Origin: Candidatus Spongiihabitans sp.
GTDB taxonomy: Bacteria; Pseudomonadota; Gammaproteobacteria; Arenicellales; Poriferihabitantaceae
DNA: 64,000 bases
Assembly (NCBI RefSeq): GCF_965237845.1
Contig: NZ_OZ250154.1
Location: 657,831 to 721,830, forward strand
Direction of reading: 5' to 3'
Shown here: piece after piece, positions 29,694 to 38,693 of the stretch
Position numbering within the stretch: the stretch's first letter is position 1
Layout: every line of letters begins with the position of its first letter
The notes under the pieces: model-generated
What the model saw: the letters and a program-made list of their open reading frames with translations, nothing else
Database searches by the model: none
What the model was told of the DNA's origin: nothing
Made by a program: the position numbers and the translations under genes

Positions 29694-30383
29694 CCTAATT
29701 CTTGTTTAACCCATTATTTCAATTGTATTAATTGTTGCTTTGGGTCACCGTTGTTAAATCGCTATTCACACTCCCTCAGAAAGAGGTGGAAATGGGCCTT
29801 TGGAACCCCATTGAACTTTCGCAAATGACGCTTCGCTTGATTGCAAAATTCTCAATGCCGTTGATGTGGTTATGTCGGTCAGCAAACAACACGCTGTGGT
29901 TGATGCGGCAGTGCTTGAACTCGGACACATCAAGCGCATTGTAGCCGCGCCAGCTGTCCGAGTAAACAATGCTGTCTGGCCTTGCTTTTTGCTCTATGAT
30001 CGGCAGCAAGGTCTCGCCCTTCGCATCCCCGGAATCATCATCGCATAAACCCAGCCATGGTGCTTGAGCAGGCCAAAAACCGGCACTTTGCCACTCGCGC
30101 CGCGACCGCGCTTGCCTTTGTGCCTGCCGCCAAAGTAACTCTCGTCCACTTCCACCTCGCCGTCAAGCGGAGCGAAATATTCCAGATGCTGTGCCATCAA
30201 CTGCCTCAAACGATGAAAGTAAAAACTGGCAGTCGTCTTGTTCACGCCCACCAGCGCAGCCGCCGTTCTCGCCGTTGCGCCCGCAATGAACATCTCTATT
30301 AGCCTATTTTGCTTGGGCTTGCTTAACCGACTTTTTCGCATCCCGCTATCCTAAATAATTTTACTTGTCTAGTACATGTATGG
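29670..30383 (-). mobile_element. IS1595-family (ISXO2-like) element with an inactivated transposase; boundaries approximate
   Basis: The transposase is read in three frames. The pieces are MRKSRLSKPKQNRLIEMFIAGATARTAAALVGVNKTT...VDESYFGG..VFGLLKHHGWVY, then LPIIEQKARPDSIVYSDSWRGYNALDVSEFKHCRINHS...INGIENF, then FAKVQWGSKGPFPPL. The tail LRECE*RFNN has a TAG where Trp is expected. Confidence 0.7.
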
Positions 30384-31410
30384 GTCTGTGGATTCAACCC
30401 TGAAGTGCAACAGAGGGTGGTATGCCGTAATAGCGCTTGATTTGGCGTTTTCATGCCAAGACATTTGCGTGGTCGGTTGTTGAGTTGCCGCACACCCGCG
30501 CCAGTTGCGGGGTCTTGATGGTCGCAAGATCATTAGTCTTGGGAAAGCGCTGCCGTATCAGTCCATTGGTATTCTCATTGGCGCCGCACTGCCAAGGTGC
30601 ACAGGGATGGGCGAAGTGAAAATCGCTTTTCAGGACGCCGGCAACCGCCTCATGATCAGTGAATTCGTTGCCCTTGTCCGAGCTCAACGCGAGAACCCGA
30701 TGTTTGATGGGGGCAGGATTCCGACCAACGACCGCCCCGCCGCACGCGCCGTTCCATTGGGCAGGATGTCAATGCACACAAACCGCGAGGCCCGATCCGC
30801 CATGCTCAGCATAACGGCAGTATTGTTTTTACCATAGACCGTGTCCAACTCCCAATCGCCGAGCCTGGAGCTTTGCCCGACCGCCGCAAGGCGTTTCCTT
30901 CGCTTCTCCCGGCATCTCAAATGCGGATGCCAATCTCCGCCATAGTCCTGGTCCTTGCGAATATACTGGCATATCCACTCATGGCTGACCGACGACCGAC
31001 CCGCGCAAGCCACAGGCTAATCCGCTGCGGACTCCACTTCCCCCGCAACAGCCGTTCAATATACGCCCAATCCTCCCGACTGATACGTCGAGGGGCTTTG
31101 CCGACCCGGCCAGTGCCTGTTTGTGCACCGCTGCCGGCCGATAGCCGCCCAGCTTGGCGCCGGGCGGCGCACACTGTTGCGGCGCCTCTCGCGGCTGATG
31201 GCGCTACTGCTCCGATAATATCAGCGATAGCTGTTTGCGAATAGCCTTAGCCTCAATCCATTGGCAATCCGGTCTCTTTGAAGGCCGGTGAGAGGTGTGC
31301 AGGATTTCATAATGGCAACGCCTTATATTGATTGATGGGAAAACCAAGAGGCTGCCGCATCCCGCCTTTCCTTCATCGGGGATGTTGCACTTATGAGTTG
31401 AATCCACAGA
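30384..31410 (-). mobile_element. IS30-family element (1027 bp) with terminal inverted repeats and a multiply frameshifted transposase
   Basis: IRs are tctgtggattcaaccctgaagtgcaaca (30384-) and its imperfect inverted partner tgttgcacttatgagttgaatccacaga (-31410). Transposase pieces in three frames include DKGNEFTDHEAV...PCAPWQCGANENTNGLIRQRFPK. Confidence 0.8.
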
Positions 31411-31569
31411 TTAGTATAACTTACTGATATAACACAATATTTTAGATTATCAAAGACTTTTGCATCAAGAGCGCTAACCAAACTTACAAACAACGTCAAA
31501 CAACGCCATTTTTTATAAATTTCCTTCATTTTTCCACAACCCTTCTCCAATTCTTCACAACAGCCGCTG

Positions 31570-32480
31570 ATTCAGCGCTTTTAGCCGCTTTTCATCCATT
31601 TTCTTGCCTGTTAGATGCAATCCTCCTGCAAACTTTGCATTTGTTTGAGTATATTCGCCCCAACTTGACATTATGGTTCATCGCAATCCGTTCTGCGCGG
31701 GCTTTGTTGCTGGCTAAGCACAGGCTTCTTGCCTTGCATAATTCGTGGTCAAGATTGAGCAAGCCAAAGGCGCGTTCAATCACATGGCGAATACTGGAAT
31801 AAATCTTGTTCTGGCCTTTTGTCGGTCTGTTAAATGGTTATCGCGACAAGCCCGCGCAGGATTTTATTGTTGGCTTTGCCGTGTTTTCGGCCATTGTTTT
31901 TGTTGGCATAAGCGCGGTCGGCATAGACTTGTCTCGGTTGCCTGACAGATTATCAAACTCTTTTGAATCATGTGGGGCATAGGTCGTCTTTTTGATGCCA
32001 TATTCATCGGTATTGGCGCACATCTTAAATCCATAGGGGGTTTTTACATCGGTTGCGGTTTTAACATTACAAGCCGCTTCCGGGTCTTGAGTGTTGTGAC
32101 TTCGTTTGTTGTTTTTGTGGCGCGCTTCGCTTGCATAACAGTCGCATCAATAATATTGATTGAGCCGCGGGCAACAATAATGCCGTTTCGGGTTGAATGG
32201 AGATTGATTTTGATAATCTCATGCGCGCCGTCTAGTCCAGGCAATGATTTATGCTCTACCAAAAGCGCATCCGCCAGGAAACGTTGGACGGTTTGTTTCC
32301 AGGACGTTTGGGGGACTCCTCAGGTTGTTTTGATGGAGGTTATTTGACCAGTTTGGCGGGGCGGGGAGTGGATTGTGCAAAGGTTTCTACCAATGGTAGC
32401 ATACCCCAATCCAGTAATAGTCCAGGGAAATAATCAAGTGTTAGCCCAAAGCGGCAATGTCCCCTTTGTCCAATGCTTAA
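31570..32480 (-). mobile_element. IS5-family (DDE_Tnp_1-type) element remnant with stops and frameshifts; boundaries approximate
   Basis: Fragments are FLADALLVEHKSLPGLDGAHEIIKINL...GSINIIDATVMQA, PYGFKMCANTDEYGIKKTTYAPHDSKEFDNL, and IRHVIERAFGLLNLDHELCKARSLCLASNKARAERIAMNHNVKLG. Confidence 0.65.
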
Positions 32481-32632
32481 ATGAACCGCTCCGCCCTTTC
32501 AGGTCAGTCCCCTTGGCAGGGGGAGGCGTTAGCGTGTTACCGCTGTTTTATTCTCTGTGGTCTTTGTGTTGTGTTCCATGTTCCTCGTTCCCTGCTATAA
32601 TCACGGCCCGAACACATTTATGAGTCCTTGAT

Positions 32633-33610
32633 ATGAAAAAACCGGTCAAAGTCGCAGTTACCGGTGCTGCGGGTAACATTTCTTATGCCTTGCTGTTTAG
32701 AATCGCGGCCGGGGATATGCTGGGCAAGGATCAGCCGGTCATATTGCAGTTGCTGGAAATCCCAGCGGCGATGAATGCCCTTGAAGGGGTCGTTATGGAA
32801 CTAAACGATTGTGCTTTTCCATTGGTGAGCGGAATCGTTGCAACGGATAATCCGGATATTGCTTTTGGCGAAGTGGATTATGCAATGTTGGTAGGCGCAA
32901 AACCTCGAGGCCTGGGTATGGAGCGGAGTGACTTGTTGAAGGACAATGGCAAAATATTTTCGGTGCAGGGCAGATCGCTTAATGAGCATGCCTCAAGAGA
33001 TGTAAAAGTGCTGGTGGTGGGTAATCCAGCGAATACCAATGCGCTGATCGCTGCCGCAAATGCGCCGGATTTAGAGAGTTCACAGTTCACCTCGATGACT
33101 CGATTGGATCATAATCGCGCCAAATCCCAACTAGCGGAAAAATTGGGCATCCACCATGAACAAATCAGTCGAATGACCATCTGGGGCAATCATTCAGCAA
33201 CCCAATATCCTGATATTTCAAATGCGCGGGTTGATGGCAAGGCGGTAAGCGACCGGGTTGAGCAACAATGGCTAGAAGAGGTTTTTATTCCTACCGTGCA
33301 GCAGCGCGGAACCGCCATCATAACAGCGCGTGGTGCATCCAGCGCCGCATCGGCGGGTTCGTCTGCGGTTGATCATATGCGCGATTGGGTGCTGGGCAGC
33401 TCAGACGGAGACTGGGTAAGCATGGCGATTTATTCGGATGGCAGCTATGGCATAGAACCGGGGTTGATGTATTCATTTCCGGTTACCTGCAAGGCGGGTA
33501 AATACGAAATTGTTCAGGGTCTTGAAATCAGCGATTTCAGTCGTGCTCGAATGCAGCTGACCGAGCAAGAACTCAGTCAAGAAAAACAGGCGGTGGCGCA
33601 ATTACTGTAG
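32633..33610 (+). CDS. mdh: Malate dehydrogenase (LDH-like MDH clade)
   Basis: [57 protein letters not shown]. Confidence 0.92.
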   Translation: MKKPVKVAVTGAAGNISYALLFRIAAGDMLGKDQPVILQLLEIPAAMNALEGVVMELNDCAFPLVSGIVATDNPDIAFGEVDYAMLVGAKPRGLGMERSDLLKDNGKIFSVQGRSLNEHASRDVKVLVVGNPANTNALIAAANAPDLESSQFTSMTRLDHNRAKSQLAEKLGIHHEQISRMTIWGNHSATQYPDISNARVDGKAVSDRVEQQWLEEVFIPTVQQRGTAIITARGASSAASAGSSAVDHMRDWVLGSSDGDWVSMAIYSDGSYGIEPGLMYSFPVTCKAGKYEIVQGLEISDFSRARMQLTEQELSQEKQAVAQLL

Positions 33611-33642
33611 CGCGGTTGACGATCATGCTGCCGCGCGCCTAA

Positions 33643-34509
33643 ATGAATATCAGCGTTGTCATACCCACATTCAATCGCGTGCATCTGGTTGAGCGGGCGA
33701 TTCAATCCGTATTTGATCAAAGTTATCCGGCGCACGAAATAATCGTGGTTGATGATGGTTCAACTGACCATACCGTTGCCAATATCACGCAGAAATTTCC
33801 TCAGGTAAAAATGATTACCCAACCTAACCGGGGCCAACCTCAGGGCCAACCTCATGGAGTGAGCAGCGCGAGAAATGCCGGCATTAAATTCGCCGCAGGG
33901 CGCTGGATCGCATTTTTGGATTCAGATGATGAATGGCGCGAACATAAATTGGCGCGCCAGGTTGAAGCCCTGTCTCAATCATTGGCGCAATCACTTGACT
34001 TCGAAATTTGTCACACCGATGAGATTTGGATTCGCCATGGCAAGCGAGTCAATCCGATGAAAAAACATGCCAAGCCGGATGGCTGGATTTTCGAGCAATG
34101 TCTGCCGTTATGTTGTGTTTCACCGTCGTCGGCGCTGGTCAAAAAGACGTTATTGGAAAGCGTTGGATTATTCGATGAATCGTTGCCGGCTTGTGAAGAT
34201 TATGATCTGTGGTTGAGAATATTTTCGCGGGTTCCGATTTTACTGGTTGCCGAGCAATTACTGATTAAACACGGCGGGCATGAGGATCAGTTATCGCAAA
34301 AGTATTGGGGCATGGACCGGTTCAGGACGGCGGCAATCATTAAGTTGCTTGAGCGGCATGATTTGAGTGAACATTATCGACAATGTGCTGTGAATATGTT
34401 GTTGCACAAGCTCACAATATTAATCAAGGGTTTTGAAAAGAGAAAAAACACGACTGATTTAATTCACTATCAGGCATTGTATAAACGCTGGAGTGAGCGG
34501 CTGTGTTAA
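33643..34509 (+). CDS. Family 2 glycosyltransferase
   Basis: ISVVIPTFNRVHLVERAIQSVFDQSYPAHEIIVVDDGSTD and a later DSDDEW motif. Confidence 0.85.
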   Translation: MNISVVIPTFNRVHLVERAIQSVFDQSYPAHEIIVVDDGSTDHTVANITQKFPQVKMITQPNRGQPQGQPHGVSSARNAGIKFAAGRWIAFLDSDDEWREHKLARQVEALSQSLAQSLDFEICHTDEIWIRHGKRVNPMKKHAKPDGWIFEQCLPLCCVSPSSALVKKTLLESVGLFDESLPACEDYDLWLRIFSRVPILLVAEQLLIKHGGHEDQLSQKYWGMDRFRTAAIIKLLERHDLSEHYRQCAVNMLLHKLTILIKGFEKRKNTTDLIHYQALYKRWSERLC

Positions 34510-35126
34510 ACATCATTACTGCGTTAAAAGCGGAAGCAGCGCCGTTCATAGAAGGACTTTCCCTCAAGCAGCAGCCGTTGTCAAAGCGATTAATTTTTTC
34601 GGGATGCGGTATTCAGCTTGCAATCAGCGGCCCGGGTTGCACAAATGCCCGGGCTTTGACCAGTTATTTTCTGGGACGGCACAATCCGGAGAACCAGAAT
34701 CCAGAGCATCAACGCGAATTAACCTATTGGTTGAATTTTGGCATAGCCGGCAGCGCGGCCTGGGAGATTGGCGACCTGGTGCTGGCGCACACCGTTACCG
34801 ATCAATCCCCTGGGAAAACTGGGCAAATCTGGACTCTGGAAAATGGCATCAACCTGAATTTACCCGGCGCGCATATATGTACTGTGGAATCCCCACAAGC
34901 AACCTATTATGGGCACAACGTCTATGATATGGAAACCGCGGGAATGATATCCGTATTGTCCGACCGGAATTTACTAGGTCGCGCATTTATCGTAAAAATA
35001 ATCTCCGATGGACCAAGCAAACCCGTCGAATCATTGACAAAACAAGACCTGCAACAAATGATTCACGGCAGAAAAAAAGATATACTCGCTATCACGGAAA
35101 AGATCCATTCCGCATCGTTGGAATAA
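34503..35126 (+). CDS. Phosphorylase/nucleosidase superfamily (PNP_UDP_1-like) protein
   Basis: MLNIITALKAEAAPFI..., LNFGIAGSAAWEIGDLV and DMETAG resemble MTA/SAH-nucleosidase-like or HpnG-like proteins. GTG start overlapping the GT2 stop. Confidence 0.5.
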   Translation: MLNIITALKAEAAPFIEGLSLKQQPLSKRLIFSGCGIQLAISGPGCTNARALTSYFLGRHNPENQNPEHQRELTYWLNFGIAGSAAWEIGDLVLAHTVTDQSPGKTGQIWTLENGINLNLPGAHICTVESPQATYYGHNVYDMETAGMISVLSDRNLLGRAFIVKIISDGPSKPVESLTKQDLQQMIHGRKKDILAITEKIHSASLE

Positions 35127-35184
35127 TCAGTGACATTGCTCATATCATTTATCCCATATTAGTGAATTAGACCAGGAATTGAAA

Positions 35185-35679
35185 ATGCCTTCATTTGATA
35201 TCGTTTCAGAAGTGGATTGGCAGGAAGTGAAGAATGCTGTTAATCAAGCGAACAAGGAAATCACCAACCGTTTTGATTTCAAGGGGAGTCAATCGAAGAT
35301 TGACGAAAGCGACCCTAATTTAACGCTGTATGGCGACGATGATTTCAAGGTCGGGCAAATGCTGGAGATATTGCAGCTCAAACTGGCAAAACGCAGCGTG
35401 GATTTGGGATGTCTTGATAAAGACGAGGTAAAAGAAAGTCCGACCGGCAAGGCAATGCAGGCAATTCATGTGCGCCAGGGGGTTGATATAGACTTGGCTA
35501 GAAAAATTGTTAAATTGATAAAAAACCAAAAATTAAAGGTGCAAGCCGCAATTCAGGGAAAACAGATACGGGTAACCGGGAAAAAACGTGATGACCTGCA
35601 ACAAATTATGGCGTTTTTAAAAGAACAGAAACTGGGATTACCATTGCAATATACGAACTTTAGAGAGCAAACTGTCTGA
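35185..35679 (+). CDS. yajQ: YajQ-family nucleotide-binding protein (UPF0234)
   Basis: MPSFDIVSEVDWQEVKNAVNQANKEITNRFDFKG. Confidence 0.9.
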   Translation: MPSFDIVSEVDWQEVKNAVNQANKEITNRFDFKGSQSKIDESDPNLTLYGDDDFKVGQMLEILQLKLAKRSVDLGCLDKDEVKESPTGKAMQAIHVRQGVDIDLARKIVKLIKNQKLKVQAAIQGKQIRVTGKKRDDLQQIMAFLKEQKLGLPLQYTNFREQTV

Positions 35680-35721
35680 TTGCTATTGAATTTAAATATA
35701 ACTAAATTTAGAAATTCACTT

Positions 35722-37077
35722 ATGACACAATTAATAAAACAGGGAATAGCGAGATTAAAGTGGTTTTTTGCACAACGTTCATTATCTAAATCCCGATTCG
35801 TGATTGGTTTTCTGGGTTTATTCGGCTCGGGACTGCTGCCAGCCGTGGTACATGCCCAGGATGTTCTCGATAGCGGCGATACAGCCTGGATTTTGGTAGC
35901 CACCGCGCTGGTCTTGTTGATGACGCTGCCCGGACTCGCGTTTTTCTATAGCGGCCTGGTGCGTTCCATCAACGTGTTGTCGGTGATGATGCAGTGTTGC
36001 GTAGTGGCCTGCGTATCATCGATATTGTGGCTGGCGGTCGGCTACAGCATTGCCTTTGGGGACGGTGGTGCCGCCAATGCCTGGTTCGGCGGTTTCGGTA
36101 AGTCCTTCCTGATAGGTGTCGGCGTTGATGACCTGACGGGCACCATCCCGGAAGTGTTGTTCTGCTTGTTTCAGATGACCTTCGCGATCATCGCCCCGGC
36201 GCTGATCATCGGTGCTTATGTCGAGCGCATCAAGTTCATGCATGTTGTGCTATTCAGTGGTTTTTGGATGCTGATCGTGTACGCGCCGGTGGCGCACTGG
36301 ATTTGGGGCGGTGGCTTCCTTGCTGACCTTGGAGTACTGGATTTCGCTGGCGGCTTGGTGGTGCATGCAACCTCCGCGACCGCGGCCTTGGTGTTGGTGA
36401 TAATGCTTGGTCCGCGTAGCGGGTTTTCTCATGGTGGCTCCCCGCCGCACAACCCGGGCATGACTATGGCCGGTGCCGCATTGTTATGGGTCGGATGGTA
36501 CGGCTTCAACGGCGGCAGTGCCCTGACAGCCGGCGGCAATGCCGCGATGGCGGTTCTGGTGACCCATATTTCCGCGGCCATGGCGGCTCTGGTCTGGGTC
36601 GTGATTGAAAACTTTCGTTTCGGCAAGTCCAGCCTGGTGGGTCTGGTGACTGGTCTGATCGCGGGGCTGGCCTCAATTACTCCAGCGTCGGGGTTCGTGG
36701 GACCAGTCGGCGGTCTCGCGATTGGTTTTGCGGGTGGCGTGGTCTGCTATTTGGCAGTGGACTGGGTGAAGGTCAAACTAGTTATTGATGACACTCTTGA
36801 TGTATTTGCGGTGCACGGCGTGGGCGGCATTCTCGGCACTATCCTGACCGCGATATTCGGCGCGACCACGTTTGGCGGTCTTGGACTCGAAGTCAGTATC
36901 GGCAAGCAATTGGTGAGTCAGCTAACGGGGGTGGTCGTAACCATGGCATGGACTGCATTGGGTACTTGGCTGATTGTTTTGGTGGTTAGGAAACTGGTCG
37001 GTTTGCGGGTGGATCCTGCTGAGGAGTCCGAGGGTCTCGATTACGTTGCCCACGGCGAACGTGGTTATCACTTATAA
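35722..37077 (+). CDS. amt: Ammonium transporter
   Basis: Signal-like N-terminus, DSGDTAWILVATALVLLMTLPGLAFFYSG, DFAGGLVVHATSATAAL, VHGVGGILGTILTAIF. ATG at 35722 preferred over the ORF start at 35680. Confidence 0.9.
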   Translation: MTQLIKQGIARLKWFFAQRSLSKSRFVIGFLGLFGSGLLPAVVHAQDVLDSGDTAWILVATALVLLMTLPGLAFFYSGLVRSINVLSVMMQCCVVACVSSILWLAVGYSIAFGDGGAANAWFGGFGKSFLIGVGVDDLTGTIPEVLFCLFQMTFAIIAPALIIGAYVERIKFMHVVLFSGFWMLIVYAPVAHWIWGGGFLADLGVLDFAGGLVVHATSATAALVLVIMLGPRSGFSHGGSPPHNPGMTMAGAALLWVGWYGFNGGSALTAGGNAAMAVLVTHISAAMAALVWVVIENFRFGKSSLVGLVTGLIAGLASITPASGFVGPVGGLAIGFAGGVVCYLAVDWVKVKLVIDDTLDVFAVHGVGGILGTILTAIFGATTFGGLGLEVSIGKQLVSQLTGVVVTMAWTALGTWLIVLVVRKLVGLRVDPAEESEGLDYVAHGERGYHL

Positions 37078-37089
37078 TAGGAGGTTGAA

Positions 37090-37434
37090 ATGAAAATAAT
37101 TGTCGCAACAGTCAAGCCGCACATGTTTGACCAGGTAGTGCAAGCACTGATAGAAGAGGATGTCCCCGGCTTGACCACCCACGAAATCCATGGGTTCGGC
37201 CGGGAACGTAAGGACTCCACCGAGATTTCCCGTGGCGTAACCTACCGCACCAAACTAAAACCGATGATGCTGATGATGGCGGCAGTCACCGATGATCGCG
37301 TTGACCGTATTAAAAAGATCATCGCCGAATACGCCAACACCGGACAAATCAGCAGCGGCAAAATATTCGTGTTGAATCTTGAAGATGTGACCAGAATCCG
37401 GACTGGGGAAACTGGCGAGCCGGCCTTGTTGTAA
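37090..37434 (+). CDS. glnK: P-II nitrogen regulatory protein (divergent; amt-linked)
   Basis: MKIIVATVKPHMFDQVVQAL...HGFGRERKDSTEISRGVTYRTKL...SGKIFVLNLEDVTRIRTGE. The T-loop Tyr is conserved in RGVTY. Confidence 0.8.
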   Translation: MKIIVATVKPHMFDQVVQALIEEDVPGLTTHEIHGFGRERKDSTEISRGVTYRTKLKPMMLMMAAVTDDRVDRIKKIIAEYANTGQISSGKIFVLNLEDVTRIRTGETGEPALL

Positions 37435-37821
37435 ATCCCGGATTTTACGCGCCGCGCATCGCTTGTTTGTTGTAACCGGATACGAAGCCACGAACGGCTC
37501 GCCAATCTGCGTGTGATTCCCAGGCGATGGCAGCATTGCTCCATGCTTGATCCGGTACGTAAGCACCTTGGGATTTATACCCGAAGCCCCAATATCTTGT
37601 CGTCTTACTTTCTTCTTATAGCCGGCTAATCGGATAACCGCAAACCCCGGTGGCGAAACATATAATTTAGGATAAAAATAGGCGTTCTGGGTATGTTAAT
37701 CATTGCCGAATACCGGCAAAGGTAATTCCTGAGCTTTTACCTCCAGATTAGCCATTTACCGAAGTAGAAATGGATGTCGATTGAAATTAAGATTTCCAAA
37801 GGAAATTCTTATTGATTATTC

Positions 37822-38157
37822 TTACTGATGGAAAGAACTGGTTATCTCGCTTAACAAATCGTCCGTGAATTTTAAGGACGCGAGTTGTTGCTCTATTTCG
37901 CCAGTTTTTCCGTCTCGCCTGGAATAGTAATAATCCCATCGGTCTTTATGAAACGGATCGTTGATTAGCGGATAGCCGGCTATCCGGGCAACCTCCCGCT
38001 TGGTCATGCCGATTTCTAATTTTGATACTATCTGTGCGGTAATATCGTTGCCCTGTTGTACATCGGCTTTGTAAACAAAACAACCACCGAGAGACAACAC
38101 GGCACAAATAACAAACGCCTTCACTACAAAACCTGATGTTACAAAATGTGCTTTCAT
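37822..38157 (-). CDS. bamE: Outer-membrane assembly lipoprotein BamE (SmpA/OmlA)
   Basis: Lipobox LSLGGC, then YKADVQQGNDIT...LEIGMTKREVARIAGYPLINDPFHKDRWDY. Confidence 0.85.
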   Translation of the reverse strand: MKAHFVTSGFVVKAFVICAVLSLGGCFVYKADVQQGNDITAQIVSKLEIGMTKREVARIAGYPLINDPFHKDRWDYYYSRRDGKTGEIEQQLASLKFTDDLLSEITSSFHQ

Positions 38158-38213
38158 AAAAATTTTCCAAATAAATTTGCCACATAAAAATTTAGTGGCC
38201 AGAGGACACCTAA

Positions 38214-38693
38214 TTAAATATATTTTAGTACCGCTATTTCATCACAATTTCGAAATTTATGACAATTGATGCAGGCGCCCCAGACTTTTTCCGGCAATTC
38301 ACTCATTTCCACCACCTCGAAATTTATCTTCTCGAAAAAATCCACCACATAGGTCAATGCCATCAATTTTACCAAGCCGATATTATCCGCATCTTGTTCA
38401 AGGCGTAGCACCATTTTATTGCCAAGCCCTAATTTCATATACGCTGGATGCACTGCCAGACTTCGAACTTCTCCAAGTTCTTTGGTATAAATCAACAGTG
38501 CCGCGCACGCAATTATTTCCCCGCCCTCTTCTACAACATAAAAATCTCGCAATGAACCGTAGATATCGCTTTGCGGTCGCGGTAACAATACGCCCTCATC
38601 GCTATAATGTTTTAGTAGCGAATAAATGCCAGGCACATCCCCTAGTTGAGCGTGCCTGATTTGATAATCACTGTTAGCGGCAGTGGCGTTCAT
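38214..38693 (-). CDS. GNAT-family N-acetyltransferase (ArgA C-terminal-like)
   Basis: 159 aa. IACAALLIYTKELGEVRSLAVHPAYMKLGLGNKMV acetyl-CoA-binding core. 4-nt overlap with the recN stop. Confidence 0.75.
   Translation of the reverse strand: MNATAANSDYQIRHAQLGDVPGIYSLLKHYSDEGVLLPRPQSDIYGSLRDFYVVEEGGEIIACAALLIYTKELGEVRSLAVHPAYMKLGLGNKMVLRLEQDADNIGLVKLMALTYVVDFFEKINFEVVEMSELPEKVWGACINCHKFRNCDEIAVLKYI

Noticed and set aside
31323-31550. 75-aa minus-strand ORF starting with a signal-peptide-like sequence
   Set aside because: Only the first ~40 codons lie outside the IS30 element. It is probably the stump of a secreted-protein gene cut by the IS, but it is too short to identify.
32596-32601. 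TATAAT hexamer 32 nt upstream of mdh as a promoter
   Set aside because: The -35 region (gttcca) is weak, and the call would rest on a single hexamer. It is noted but not annotated.
35680-35721. Sigma-54/NtrC promoter upstream of amt
   Set aside because: No GG-N10-GC element is recognisable in the short yajQ-amt gap. Any promoter must lie inside yajQ and cannot be called by eye.
37435-37821. Gene remnant or sRNA in the 390-bp gap between glnK and bamE
   Set aside because: A minus-strand reading (GINPKVLTYRIKHG) faintly resembles a Fis-type HTH C-terminus. Only about 15 residues are involved, and there is no supporting upstream sequence. This is insufficient evidence.
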